A stretch of 64,000 bases of DNA from a virus (Duplodnaviria; Caudoviricetes), in the IMG/VR virus record IMGVR_UViG_3300021255_002694; one strand, given 5' to 3'. Of the stretch, positions 38,186 through 46,398 are shown piece after piece. Each line of letters begins with the position of its first letter. Position 1 is the stretch's first letter. The position numbers and the translations under genes were made by a program. The notes under the pieces were generated by a model that was not told the DNA's origin, did no database searches, and was given only the letters and a program-made list of their open reading frames with translations.

Positions 38186-38309
38186 GTAAGAGGAAATATG
38201 AAGTGTTCAGTTGAACGGACTGTTGCTGTGAAGGTTGTAGTTTGTTCGATCTAAAGCAATCGCTTTAGAAATGTCAACTGATGTTGATTTTGAAAGTGAG
38301 GAAAACATC

Positions 38310-38636
38310 ATGAAGAAGAAGTTTTATTTTATTGAACTTATCTCTACCGCAACACCGGAAAATAAGAACTATGCCGGAGATGTTCACAGAGGTGTGTACG
38401 GAAAGGGCGAGGAACTTGTTGCATTCGAGATTGTAAAGGATGTATCCAGAAATGCATACCACCTCAAAGAGTTTGATATCACCAATGTTGAATGTGTCAT
38501 CGCTGATTACGGATTCAAGTCTGCAAAAATGGCAGAGACAATGGGAAAAAGAATTTACGGCAACAACGATGTGTATAATGGAGTTACGATTTGGACAAAC
38601 GAAATTCACATCATCGAAAGAGAAATTGATATTTAA
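38310..38636 (+). CDS. hypothetical early protein
   Basis: GAAAGTGAGG RBS; monocistronic between P11 and terminator. Confidence 0.7.
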   Translation: MKKKFYFIELISTATPENKNYAGDVHRGVYGKGEELVAFEIVKDVSRNAYHLKEFDITNVECVIADYGFKSAKMAETMGKRIYGNNDVYNGVTIWTNEIHIIEREIDI

Positions 38637-38645
38637 TGTAGATGT

Positions 38646-38690
38646 AAATAGTGCATAAAAATTTAACCTTATTTTTATGCACTATTTTTT
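38646..38690 (+). terminator. intrinsic terminator
   Basis: AAATAGTGCATAAAAA / TTTTTATGCACTATTT plus T-tract. Confidence 0.75.
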
Positions 38691-38701
38691 ATCCGGAACA
38701 C

Positions 38702-38736
38702 TTGACAAATGATCTGAAATATGATATACTATATTC
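38702..38736 (+). promoter_or_regulatory. sigmaA-type promoter P12
   Basis: TTGACA-N17-TATACT-ATATTC. Confidence 0.85.
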
Positions 38737-38779
38737 ATAAAGATGAAACGATGGCTTATATGTGAAAGTGAGGTACACC

Positions 38780-39037
38780 ATGACTATTTATGAGAATCTT
38801 ATCCGTAGACATCTTGATGATGAAGGAATCAGATATACTGATATTTGGAGTCGTGCTTACTCCGACAGAATTGAGGTTACTGTGTATATCGAACATGGAG
38901 ACTGGAAGCATGATCACCTGAGAATGGTGAGAAGTGTTGACAAGTTCGATCCTGACGAACACATTGAAACAGTAACCGATGAAGATGGTTCTGATTGCTA
39001 TTCCGCCGAACATATTTTTGTATTTACAGGAGAGTGA
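38780..39037 (+). CDS. hypothetical early protein
   Basis: GAAAGTGAGG RBS. Confidence 0.7.
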   Translation: MTIYENLIRRHLDDEGIRYTDIWSRAYSDRIEVTVYIEHGDWKHDHLRMVRSVDKFDPDEHIETVTDEDGSDCYSAEHIFVFTGE

Positions 39038-39047
39038 GGGATTATAT

Positions 39048-39368
39048 ATGACCACCAATATCATTAACCTCAGAGATGGTGTTCTTGTTGACATCCAGAC
39101 TGATCTTGATAATCAAATTTATGACTGGTATCTTGAAAATGGTGTCATTGATACCGTTGCATTTACCTTCAACAATGGTAATATTATCCGCTACAATGTC
39201 AATTATGGTATTGAGAGAACTGAAATGATGAAGTTTTTTGCCCGTGATTTCGATGGCATGACTATTAAGGAGTTCGGCATTGCATTTGCATACTTCCTCT
39301 ACGACTACACTGGTGTCTATCCAGATGTTGACTTTGATCAGTACGGCACATATCCTACTGAAATCTAA
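39048..39368 (+). CDS. hypothetical protein, related to family A (5001)
   Basis: INLRDGVLVDIQTD...FTFNNGNI. Confidence 0.65.
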   Translation: MTTNIINLRDGVLVDIQTDLDNQIYDWYLENGVIDTVAFTFNNGNIIRYNVNYGIERTEMMKFFARDFDGMTIKEFGIAFAYFLYDYTGVYPDVDFDQYGTYPTEI

Positions 39369-39379
39369 TTAAAACTACG

Positions 39380-39432
39380 TCACATGCGATCAGTTTGTAA
39401 ACTATTATAACAGCCGCTCTGATCGCATGTGA
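39380..39432 (+). terminator. inverted repeat with long loop (terminator or processing site)
   Basis: TCACATGCGATCAG / CTGATCGCATGTGA. Confidence 0.5.
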
Positions 39433-39454
39433 AAACTTATGTAAGGAGTATATT

Positions 39455-39871
39455 ATGAAGGCTATCGTATATGCAAAAAAGTATGAAAACAATCTTCTGT
39501 GTGACTGTGAGGTAAACACAGTTAGATGTGTACATGATGCTGACTACGAAAATAATATTGAGATCATCAAATATAATTCTGATAAATATACCTTGATCGG
39601 CACAGTTAATCTTGACGCAGATGATGCTGTCAGACAGGCAGTTATTGTGTTTAACTGCGTTCTTACACAGTTCTATGGTAGCGGAATCGCTCTCTATATT
39701 GCTGAAAACAGCAATGAAGCAAGCGTTGGAATCGCCAGACGAAATTTTGTATCTTTTGCAGAAATTAAAACTTCCGAGGATTTTAAGACTCTTGTGAGTA
39801 ATTTCTTTGCAGATATGAAAATCTCTGTTGACTATGTTTCTGACAGAAAGATCATTCTAACTAGGGGGTGA
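39455..39871 (+). CDS. hypothetical protein
   Basis: AAGGAG RBS; weak similarity to next ORF. Confidence 0.7.
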   Translation: MKAIVYAKKYENNLLCDCEVNTVRCVHDADYENNIEIIKYNSDKYTLIGTVNLDADDAVRQAVIVFNCVLTQFYGSGIALYIAENSNEASVGIARRNFVSFAEIKTSEDFKTLVSNFFADMKISVDYVSDRKIILTRG

Positions 39872-39883
39872 TTCTCGGTGTGC

Positions 39884-40294
39884 ATGATTGTTGTATACAT
39901 AGATGACTATAAGATAAAAACAACGATAACACAGAATTATGATGATTTTATTGAAAAGATTGAATATAAGCATAATATGATAGATGCATATGACGTTGAC
40001 AATAAAACATTTGCAGATCAAGTTGAACACGGAATCAGACTTATAAATAGAATCATATCTGAATATTTCAATGATTTTGTAAATATTGCCGTTGTGAAAG
40101 ATGACAATAGACATAGCGATAACATCTTTGTACTTGCTCCAATATTTTCAAAAGAATCTGCATTTGTAAGAACAGATAAAATAACAGTCACAGACGAGTT
40201 CATTGATTTTGTGATTGGATTTTTCAGGGACAGATCGCTTAATATTGTCCCACTTGCCGGAACCGATCCGGTTAGATTTATCATCGTTAAGTAG
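39884..40294 (+). CDS. hypothetical protein
   Basis: ORF in operon. Confidence 0.65.
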   Translation: MIVVYIDDYKIKTTITQNYDDFIEKIEYKHNMIDAYDVDNKTFADQVEHGIRLINRIISEYFNDFVNIAVVKDDNRHSDNIFVLAPIFSKESAFVRTDKITVTDEFIDFVIGFFRDRSLNIVPLAGTDPVRFIIVK

Positions 40295-40647
40295 GTGTAT
40301 TTTATGACTGATACATGTGAGACATGCAGATATTTTAGAAAGATGATTCGAGGAAGCAACAATGGAATTTGTGAATGTTCAAAAATACTCATACCAAAAC
40401 TAATTGAAAGATCAGTTAATGATGAAGCCTGTAAATTTTACGTATGCAAGAGAGGTGTAAAGAGTGGAGACTAAGAAGTGCAAAGATTGTGTATTCTATA
40501 CTCCAATGTGCAAGTGCAGCGAAAACAGCGTACTTGATACAAAATATGGCTTTTGTTCTGAACAGGTAATTAAACTTAAAAATTTTACGATGCATGAACA
40601 GACAGAAGCAAGCAGAGATGCTTGTACCATGTTTAAGGAGAAATAAT

Positions 40648-41097
40648 ATGAAATATAAATATGTGTGGTACGTAGATACGTCAGGTGATGTCATTACATG
40701 CAGAACACTTGAGGATGCTATTGAAACGGCAGAGAAGTACATTAAACAAAAATATCCAGATAAATTTGAAAGACTTGTTGAGTCACTACACGATCAGGTA
40801 GAGAAAAATAGAGACTTAGAAGAATTCTATGTGATCGACTATGAACGCGAATATCCGCTTACTGTTGTATCTATTGATAAAGGCGCATTCCTTGAAAGAG
40901 TGGATGACGAATGTGATGCTCCAACAGCCAGTGATATTGAAGATATGGCAGAACAGGTGGCAAACGATCTATATGTAAACAAGTATTACTGTGTAAAAAT
41001 TGAAGCATTGAGAGATGAATTTATTAAAAGATTCTTAGATGCTACCGATAGGGTGATTAAAGATTATGCAGAGAAGACGAGTTGGTTTGAAGATTAG
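40648..41097 (+). CDS. hypothetical protein
   Basis: AAGGAG RBS. Confidence 0.7.
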   Translation: MKYKYVWYVDTSGDVITCRTLEDAIETAEKYIKQKYPDKFERLVESLHDQVEKNRDLEEFYVIDYEREYPLTVVSIDKGAFLERVDDECDAPTASDIEDMAEQVANDLYVNKYYCVKIEALRDEFIKRFLDATDRVIKDYAEKTSWFED

Positions 41098-41108
41098 GGG
41101 TGATTTAT

Positions 41109-41327
41109 ATGATTTTCTACAAAGCTATCGCTGATTGTAAGTATGAAAATGAAGATATTGTAACAATGAACAGCGAATACATGGCTGGCTTTAAGACGGC
41201 ATACTCATCGTTTCATATTTGGAAATCTGATGGATATGATATTCTGAATGCAAGAATCGAAATGTTTGACGATTCTCGCTCTGAGATTGTTGGAACAATG
41301 AATGTAGATGCAACTAAAATTATGTAA
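41109..41327 (+). CDS. hypothetical protein
   Basis: GGGGTGA RBS. Confidence 0.55.
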   Translation: MIFYKAIADCKYENEDIVTMNSEYMAGFKTAYSSFHIWKSDGYDILNARIEMFDDSRSEIVGTMNVDATKIM

Positions 41328-41338
41328 GAGGTGATTTT

Positions 41339-41560
41339 ATGAGAGCTTGTATCAATGTGATTGCCCTTGATCAAAACGGAGAAAGATTTGATTTTACAAA
41401 ATACGTTTTCAATGTCTTTAATAAGACAGAGAGTCAGTTTATCAGCTTCATTGAAAACAATGCTTCTGACTTTGCGGAAGAAGCATGTCATGATGAAGCA
41501 CCAAATTTGGATTTTGTAGCAATATCTGGAATCGAGTTTGACAATGAGGATGAACAATGA
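41339..41560 (+). CDS. hypothetical protein
   Basis: GAGGTGA RBS. Confidence 0.6.
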   Translation: MRACINVIALDQNGERFDFTKYVFNVFNKTESQFISFIENNASDFAEEACHDEAPNLDFVAISGIEFDNEDEQ

Positions 41561-41853
41561 TTGTATTTACAGTAACAACTTCTAGCGGTAAAACACATAA
41601 ATATAGAGAAACTGATTATATTCTAAGTAGATATGGTACAACAGATATTGTAGGTAAGAAGTTTCAGGTAACACTTGAAGATGAAATTGTAAAGGTATAC
41701 TGTTACAGGATCAAAGCAGAAGATTTCAGGTATGATACAGAACTACCGCCTAAAAAATATGAGTGGATTGTTGAATCTCTATATAAGTTTGGAAAGATTA
41801 TAACACTAAAAGAACAAAAGAAACAAAGAGAGAAGAAGCTAGCAATGCTTTAA
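41557..41853 (+). CDS. hypothetical protein
   Basis: ATGA overlap. Confidence 0.6.
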   Translation: MIVFTVTTSSGKTHKYRETDYILSRYGTTDIVGKKFQVTLEDEIVKVYCYRIKAEDFRYDTELPPKKYEWIVESLYKFGKIITLKEQKKQREKKLAML

Positions 41854-41865
41854 AAGGAGACTGCT

Positions 41866-42210
41866 ATGAAACTTACTCCGAATCAGATTAACATTATATA
41901 TGAATATGCATCATGGCTTGCAGAACATCCGGTTCCGTGTGATGAATGTATATCAAGACAGGACTCCGTTATCTGTGATGGCTGTGATCAGCAGCTTGAC
42001 TGGATTAAGAATAGATCGCAAGCTAAGACTGTTTTTATGAATCTTGTTGGATGTGAACTGGCTGTAAATAGTTATATTCAGAAAATTATTCATTTATACG
42101 TTAAACGAATAAGACTTGAATCCGAACTTAATCATGTTAAAACAGCATTGGAAGAAAATGCTGAAAATCTAAAATGCGCATTAAAAGCATTTGAAGAAAA
42201 GGAGAATTGA
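41866..42210 (+). CDS. hypothetical protein with CxxC...CxxC
   Basis: AAAGGAG RBS; CDEC, CDGC. Confidence 0.65.
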   Translation: MKLTPNQINIIYEYASWLAEHPVPCDECISRQDSVICDGCDQQLDWIKNRSQAKTVFMNLVGCELAVNSYIQKIIHLYVKRIRLESELNHVKTALEENAENLKCALKAFEEKEN

Positions 42211-42214
42211 TTTT

Positions 42215-42712
42215 ATGCTAAAGTACATGATTTCTGACACAAAGGTTATTGGGCGTAAGCTGTTTGAAATTGTTGAAGACGTTGCTTATGATGTTCTGCG
42301 ATCTGTAGATAAGTCAAAAAAGACAAAAGTTGTATATCCAGATAAAGAAGATGCTATGGAAACTGAAAAAGGTGAAAAGTGTCTATCTGAATCATGGATC
42401 ATTGACTTTGACATGACAGATAATGAAGAAACACAGCTTGCAAACATCGCACATCTAAAGAAAAAGAAGTTCGGACATTTTGTAAATATTGTAACAGATA
42501 TTGATGATTCTGACTATGTTTTCAGCTACCTTATTGCTATTGAGGATATCGAAGATGGTTTTTCTGTTTCAACAAGTGTATCCTATATAAACAAGAATAC
42601 AGGTGATTCAAAAACCGTAGATGATCCTGAAAAAGAGTTGTCCGGAACTGACAAAGAACTGTGTGATAAGATCACCAAGAAAGCAAAGAACTTTCTTGAA
42701 ATGATCGGATAA
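42215..42712 (+). CDS. hypothetical protein
   Basis: AAAGGAG RBS. Confidence 0.7.
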   Translation: MLKYMISDTKVIGRKLFEIVEDVAYDVLRSVDKSKKTKVVYPDKEDAMETEKGEKCLSESWIIDFDMTDNEETQLANIAHLKKKKFGHFVNIVTDIDDSDYVFSYLIAIEDIEDGFSVSTSVSYINKNTGDSKTVDDPEKELSGTDKELCDKITKKAKNFLEMIG

Positions 42713-42724
42713 GTATTATATAAA

Positions 42725-42785
42725 AACTCCCTTAAATATAGATTTTATACACTTTATGTTTTGTAAAATCTATGTTAAGGGAGTT
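42725..42785 (+). promoter_or_regulatory. long hairpin sequestering the Shine-Dalgarno of tagged gene 42792
   Basis: AACTCCCTTAA-ATATAGATTTTATA pairs with TGTAAAATCTATG-TTAAGGGAGTT; SD lies in the 3' arm. Confidence 0.65.
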
Positions 42786-42791
42786 GTTTTT

Positions 42792-43088
42792 ATGCGACTT
42801 ATGATAAACGAAAGTGATTACAGATCGTGTAACCTAACATTTGAGAAACTACAGGCAGACCAATATGATATACTATGTAACGGTGAATCAGTTGGAACAA
42901 TATACTGCCGCAGTTACTATAGCAATACTAGAAACCGTGTATGGACTGTTTTTGTTGAACTTGATTCATTCAAAGAAGACGATACTGCTTCATCTGTGGC
43001 TGATGCAAAGAATGTTGCAAAACGTCTTTGGCTTGAACTTAAAGATAAGGTAGATAGATGGAACAGAAGCATGGGGAGTGATGTATAA
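42792..43088 (+). CDS. MKLxIxE-tagged protein
   Basis: True start MRLMINES. Confidence 0.7.
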   Translation: MRLMINESDYRSCNLTFEKLQADQYDILCNGESVGTIYCRSYYSNTRNRVWTVFVELDSFKEDDTASSVADAKNVAKRLWLELKDKVDRWNRSMGSDV

Positions 43089-43864
43089 TGAAATTATATT
43101 TTGAAAACATAATTACCGATCTTAGAAAGAATGGAATAAAAATATCACAAGATATGTTTGATGCTATAAATGAGTTTGTTGATATACAGAACTCTTTTGC
43201 AAGACCTGTTAATGTTGATAGGTGGCAAGATGTTAAAGGTAAGACTGTCCTGTTTACAGAGAACGGGAATATTGTTGCTGTATATGGTAACGATAAATTT
43301 ATGTACAATCCAAATAAATTAAAGATTAGCCAAGCACCTGAGTATGATATATTTGAAATAGAAGTTCTTGGAACACATGTTCAAAATCGCCGTCAGGAGC
43401 GCAGAGACTACTTAAAAGGTCTTACAAGAACATCCGATTCACCATATTCAAATACTCCAAAATCAACAACCTATATATGGGATAAGGACTGGAATCCGGA
43501 AGTAAATAAAGCATATTATTCTAAACTGTTACAGCGCAATCATTTGAATAAATACGCACAGCAACTTGAAGATGCTTATGATGTAGTAAAAGATATGATA
43601 GATCAGCGTAAGGAGCGTCTTACAGGAAAAAGAACAGAGTATGATCGTATGATTACAGATATATCAAGACAGATCGGTAAGATTGAAGATGAAATGATAG
43701 CTGCTGAGAGAGACTTTTCTTTCGATGTTGACAAACTTAAAAAAGAAATATCTAAACTGCCAAACCTTGTGAATAAGGCAAAAGAGTTCATGGAGACTGA
43801 GGAAAAAGAATATAAGTATTGGGGCAAGCGTAAGAAGATTCCGTATGATAAAATAGAAAAATGA
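43088..43864 (+). CDS. tagged protein (MKLYFE variant), C-terminal coiled coil
   Basis: Starts MKLYFEN; TAATG overlap. Confidence 0.7.
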   Translation: MKLYFENIITDLRKNGIKISQDMFDAINEFVDIQNSFARPVNVDRWQDVKGKTVLFTENGNIVAVYGNDKFMYNPNKLKISQAPEYDIFEIEVLGTHVQNRRQERRDYLKGLTRTSDSPYSNTPKSTTYIWDKDWNPEVNKAYYSKLLQRNHLNKYAQQLEDAYDVVKDMIDQRKERLTGKRTEYDRMITDISRQIGKIEDEMIAAERDFSFDVDKLKKEISKLPNLVNKAKEFMETEEKEYKYWGKRKKIPYDKIEK

Positions 43865-43896
43865 TAATTTTGCATGAAAAATATTTGGAAAAATGC

Positions 43897-43931
43897 TTGA
43901 CAAAACAGTTAAAATGTGATATACTATATTT
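43897..43931 (+). promoter_or_regulatory. sigmaA-type promoter P13
   Basis: TTGACA-N17-TATACT-ATATTT. Confidence 0.85.
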
Positions 43932-43976
43932 ATAAGAGATAAGTATGACTTGATTGTAAACTTGGAGGATTTACCT

Positions 43977-44369
43977 ATGATTAAAAAGGAATTCAATAAA
44001 CTTTATAAGGAAATTGAACAGATCAGACGAAAGATTGATTCTGGTAAACTCAAATATTTCGGTGAAAAGAATTACATGAATGCATCCCCATATTATGTAT
44101 TCCTCCGAAATGGGAAGTGGTTTAAGATTGAACTTGGTACAAAGATTATCCCTACATTTAATAAGAATGATGTTGTGTTTATTCAGAAACATATCCTTCG
44201 TGATTCTACAGATACAAACTGGAAGTATACCCGTGATTATGTTGATAGTGACCGTGGATTCGTGAGATATTCTGGGTGTATCACAGATAATATTGATTAC
44301 TTCCTTGATAGGGCAAACAAGTATAAGATAAATCTTGTTGATGAAATTGAAACATATTATTGGGATTAA
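43977..44369 (+). CDS. hypothetical protein
   Basis: GGAGG RBS. Confidence 0.7.
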   Translation: MIKKEFNKLYKEIEQIRRKIDSGKLKYFGEKNYMNASPYYVFLRNGKWFKIELGTKIIPTFNKNDVVFIQKHILRDSTDTNWKYTRDYVDSDRGFVRYSGCITDNIDYFLDRANKYKINLVDEIETYYWD

Positions 44370-44384
44370 ATTGGAGTGATTTAT

Positions 44385-44957
44385 GTGAAACTAATGATAA
44401 GAGAAGATAGACTATCAATGTTGTCGGAAAGTGTCTTTTATAAGGCACTCCTTGAATTCCTCACGAAGGATACAGAGATAAAATACGCTGATGATTATAT
44501 TGATAACTTTGATAAGTCGAAGAAACAGAGGTATGCAAAAGAATACCCGATCAGAGACATTAAAAATGACATTGCATCATTCATTGATGATTGGCTGAAA
44601 GAAATTAAAAGAGATTGTGATATATACTCTATGAAGAATAATCGTATGTCTGATTCATATGGATTTTCTAATTATATTACTCTTTCATTTAATCGTCCGG
44701 CAGATCGTAGATTATACCAATTCTATCAAGATAACAGCGAAAAATATAATAATGTAAAATTTAGATTTTCAGAGCATGATCCTAAAAATGACACATCCGA
44801 TATTGCCGATAGTGTGAACTTTGTCGGAAAGACGTTTAATCAGGCAGCAGATGAAATGAAGTGCAAAATTGAAAACTATGTAATTGATTTAAGATCAGCA
44901 GAAAAACAATATCTTAAAAAGCTAGATAAACAGGCAAAGAAAAAGAATCGGCGGTGA
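44385..44957 (+). CDS. MKLxIxE-tagged protein, paralog of 60662
   Basis: GTG start MKLMIRED; YGFSNYITLSF..P...FRFSEH. Confidence 0.7.
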   Translation: MKLMIREDRLSMLSESVFYKALLEFLTKDTEIKYADDYIDNFDKSKKQRYAKEYPIRDIKNDIASFIDDWLKEIKRDCDIYSMKNNRMSDSYGFSNYITLSFNRPADRRLYQFYQDNSEKYNNVKFRFSEHDPKNDTSDIADSVNFVGKTFNQAADEMKCKIENYVIDLRSAEKQYLKKLDKQAKKKNRR

Positions 44958-44962
44958 GCATA

Positions 44963-45247
44963 ATGATTATACTTGAAAATAAAACGATCGAAAAAGACAT
45001 ATTTGATTCTATAATCAGAACAGTTAAAACAAATTTCAATAAAAACAATTTCAGTTTTGATATTGATATCACTGATACTGTCAATATCTGGTGCGATAAC
45101 GATAAAGATAAAACAGTGTTTATTCAAACACAGGATGAAGATTCATACGCAACATTTACAAAGGATGATCTTGATAATGTTGATGAGGCGGATATAAAGG
45201 AGAGCATTGAATATCAGCTTAATGCAACCGGATCAGAGAATGAATAA
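44963..45247 (+). CDS. acidic protein, possible short-tag variant (MIILE)
   Basis: GGCGGTGA RBS as in other tagged genes. Confidence 0.55.
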   Translation: MIILENKTIEKDIFDSIIRTVKTNFNKNNFSFDIDITDTVNIWCDNDKDKTVFIQTQDEDSYATFTKDDLDNVDEADIKESIEYQLNATGSENE

Positions 45248-45256
45248 GATGCAATG

Positions 45257-45297
45257 TAGAACTTACGTGAAAATTCCGTAAGTTCTATTTTTTTTTA
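45257..45297 (+). terminator. intrinsic terminator
   Basis: TAGAACTTACG / CGTAAGTTCTA plus T-tract. Confidence 0.8.
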
Positions 45298-45307
45298 TAA
45301 AAACCAC

Positions 45308-45342
45308 TTGACATTTCATACAATATGTGATATACTATATTT
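45308..45342 (+). promoter_or_regulatory. sigmaA-type promoter P14
   Basis: TTGACA-N17-TATACT-ATATTT. Confidence 0.85.
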
Positions 45343-45377
45343 GTAAAATACTACCAGAAAGGTGGAATCACATAAAA

Positions 45378-45695
45378 ATGTTGTCATTTGCAAGCAAAAA
45401 GTGGACTGATTCTGAAAAAGAACATATCCGAAAAATGCAGGATGCGGTAGATGAATCAAAAAAGATAAAAATTATGTACATTGCGACAGATGTTTCAACA
45501 GGAAATGTTTTATGTGAACTCAATAACATGCTTGATGTAATTAGCTGTATACAGGGATATGCAATAATGGTACTCGGAACACGTAATTACATCTTGAACG
45601 AGTTTTATTCAATGAATCATGTTACAAAGACTTATTCACATGAAAACACATCATTTACGGTTGATGTAGAAGAACGTGTGTATATAGAGAACTGA
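45378..45695 (+). CDS. hypothetical protein
   Basis: First gene after P14. Confidence 0.65.
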   Translation: MLSFASKKWTDSEKEHIRKMQDAVDESKKIKIMYIATDVSTGNVLCELNNMLDVISCIQGYAIMVLGTRNYILNEFYSMNHVTKTYSHENTSFTVDVEERVYIEN

Positions 45696-45706
45696 GGTGC
45701 TTTAGC

Positions 45707-46123
45707 ATGACTGAGATTAAAAATGGAATCATTCGCTTCATGTTTGCCGGAAATTCTATTTTCACAATAATTAAAGGCAATGAACATCATTCCTATAAAA
45801 TTTATAGGAAAAAGACTGATGATGGTGTAAAAATTTATCATCTATATCTTAGAAAAGCAAATAAATGTACGTATAGCGGATACTTTAAGATTGAGGATAA
45901 CAAACTGACATTCAAAAGAAGCTATAAGTACCGCTGTGATCATGCAGATGATGATATTGCAGTTCTGCTTGATGTTGTTCACAACAGGAACAATCTTCCG
46001 GAAGATATTTCTGTGTATCACTCTGGAAGATGTGGTTGCTGTGGTCGCGTCCTGACCGATCCAGAAGCTATTTCGCGTGGATTCGGACCAGAATGCTGGA
46101 AGAAAGTTAAAGATCATGTTTGA
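45707..46123 (+). CDS. DUF6011-like zinc-finger protein
   Basis: C-terminal GRCGCCGRVLTDPEAISRGFGPEC. Confidence 0.75.
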   Translation: MTEIKNGIIRFMFAGNSIFTIIKGNEHHSYKIYRKKTDDGVKIYHLYLRKANKCTYSGYFKIEDNKLTFKRSYKYRCDHADDDIAVLLDVVHNRNNLPEDISVYHSGRCGCCGRVLTDPEAISRGFGPECWKKVKDHV

Positions 46124-46140
46124 ATAAGGTTGGTGTGTTT

Positions 46141-46398
46141 ATGTTCTATGTAAGAAAAATCGGCAAAGAATACAAGGTTTCAGAAGTTCAATCTAGTGAG
46201 GATTCAGGTGAGTTTGAATCATACATTGATGCGTACATATATGCCAAAGAAATGAGCGGCAATATCAGTCTTGAAAAATATAAAGAGGTAAAGTCTGACG
46301 AATATATGTACAGTCATCTTATAGATTCAGACACAACTGAATTAGAAAAAGACTTAAACAATTATTCAAAAAAGAAACGTGGTGAAAACAAAAAATGA
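46141..46398 (+). CDS. hypothetical protein
   Basis: ORF in operon. Confidence 0.55.
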   Translation: MFYVRKIGKEYKVSEVQSSEDSGEFESYIDAYIYAKEMSGNISLEKYKEVKSDEYMYSHLIDSDTTELEKDLNNYSKKKRGENKK

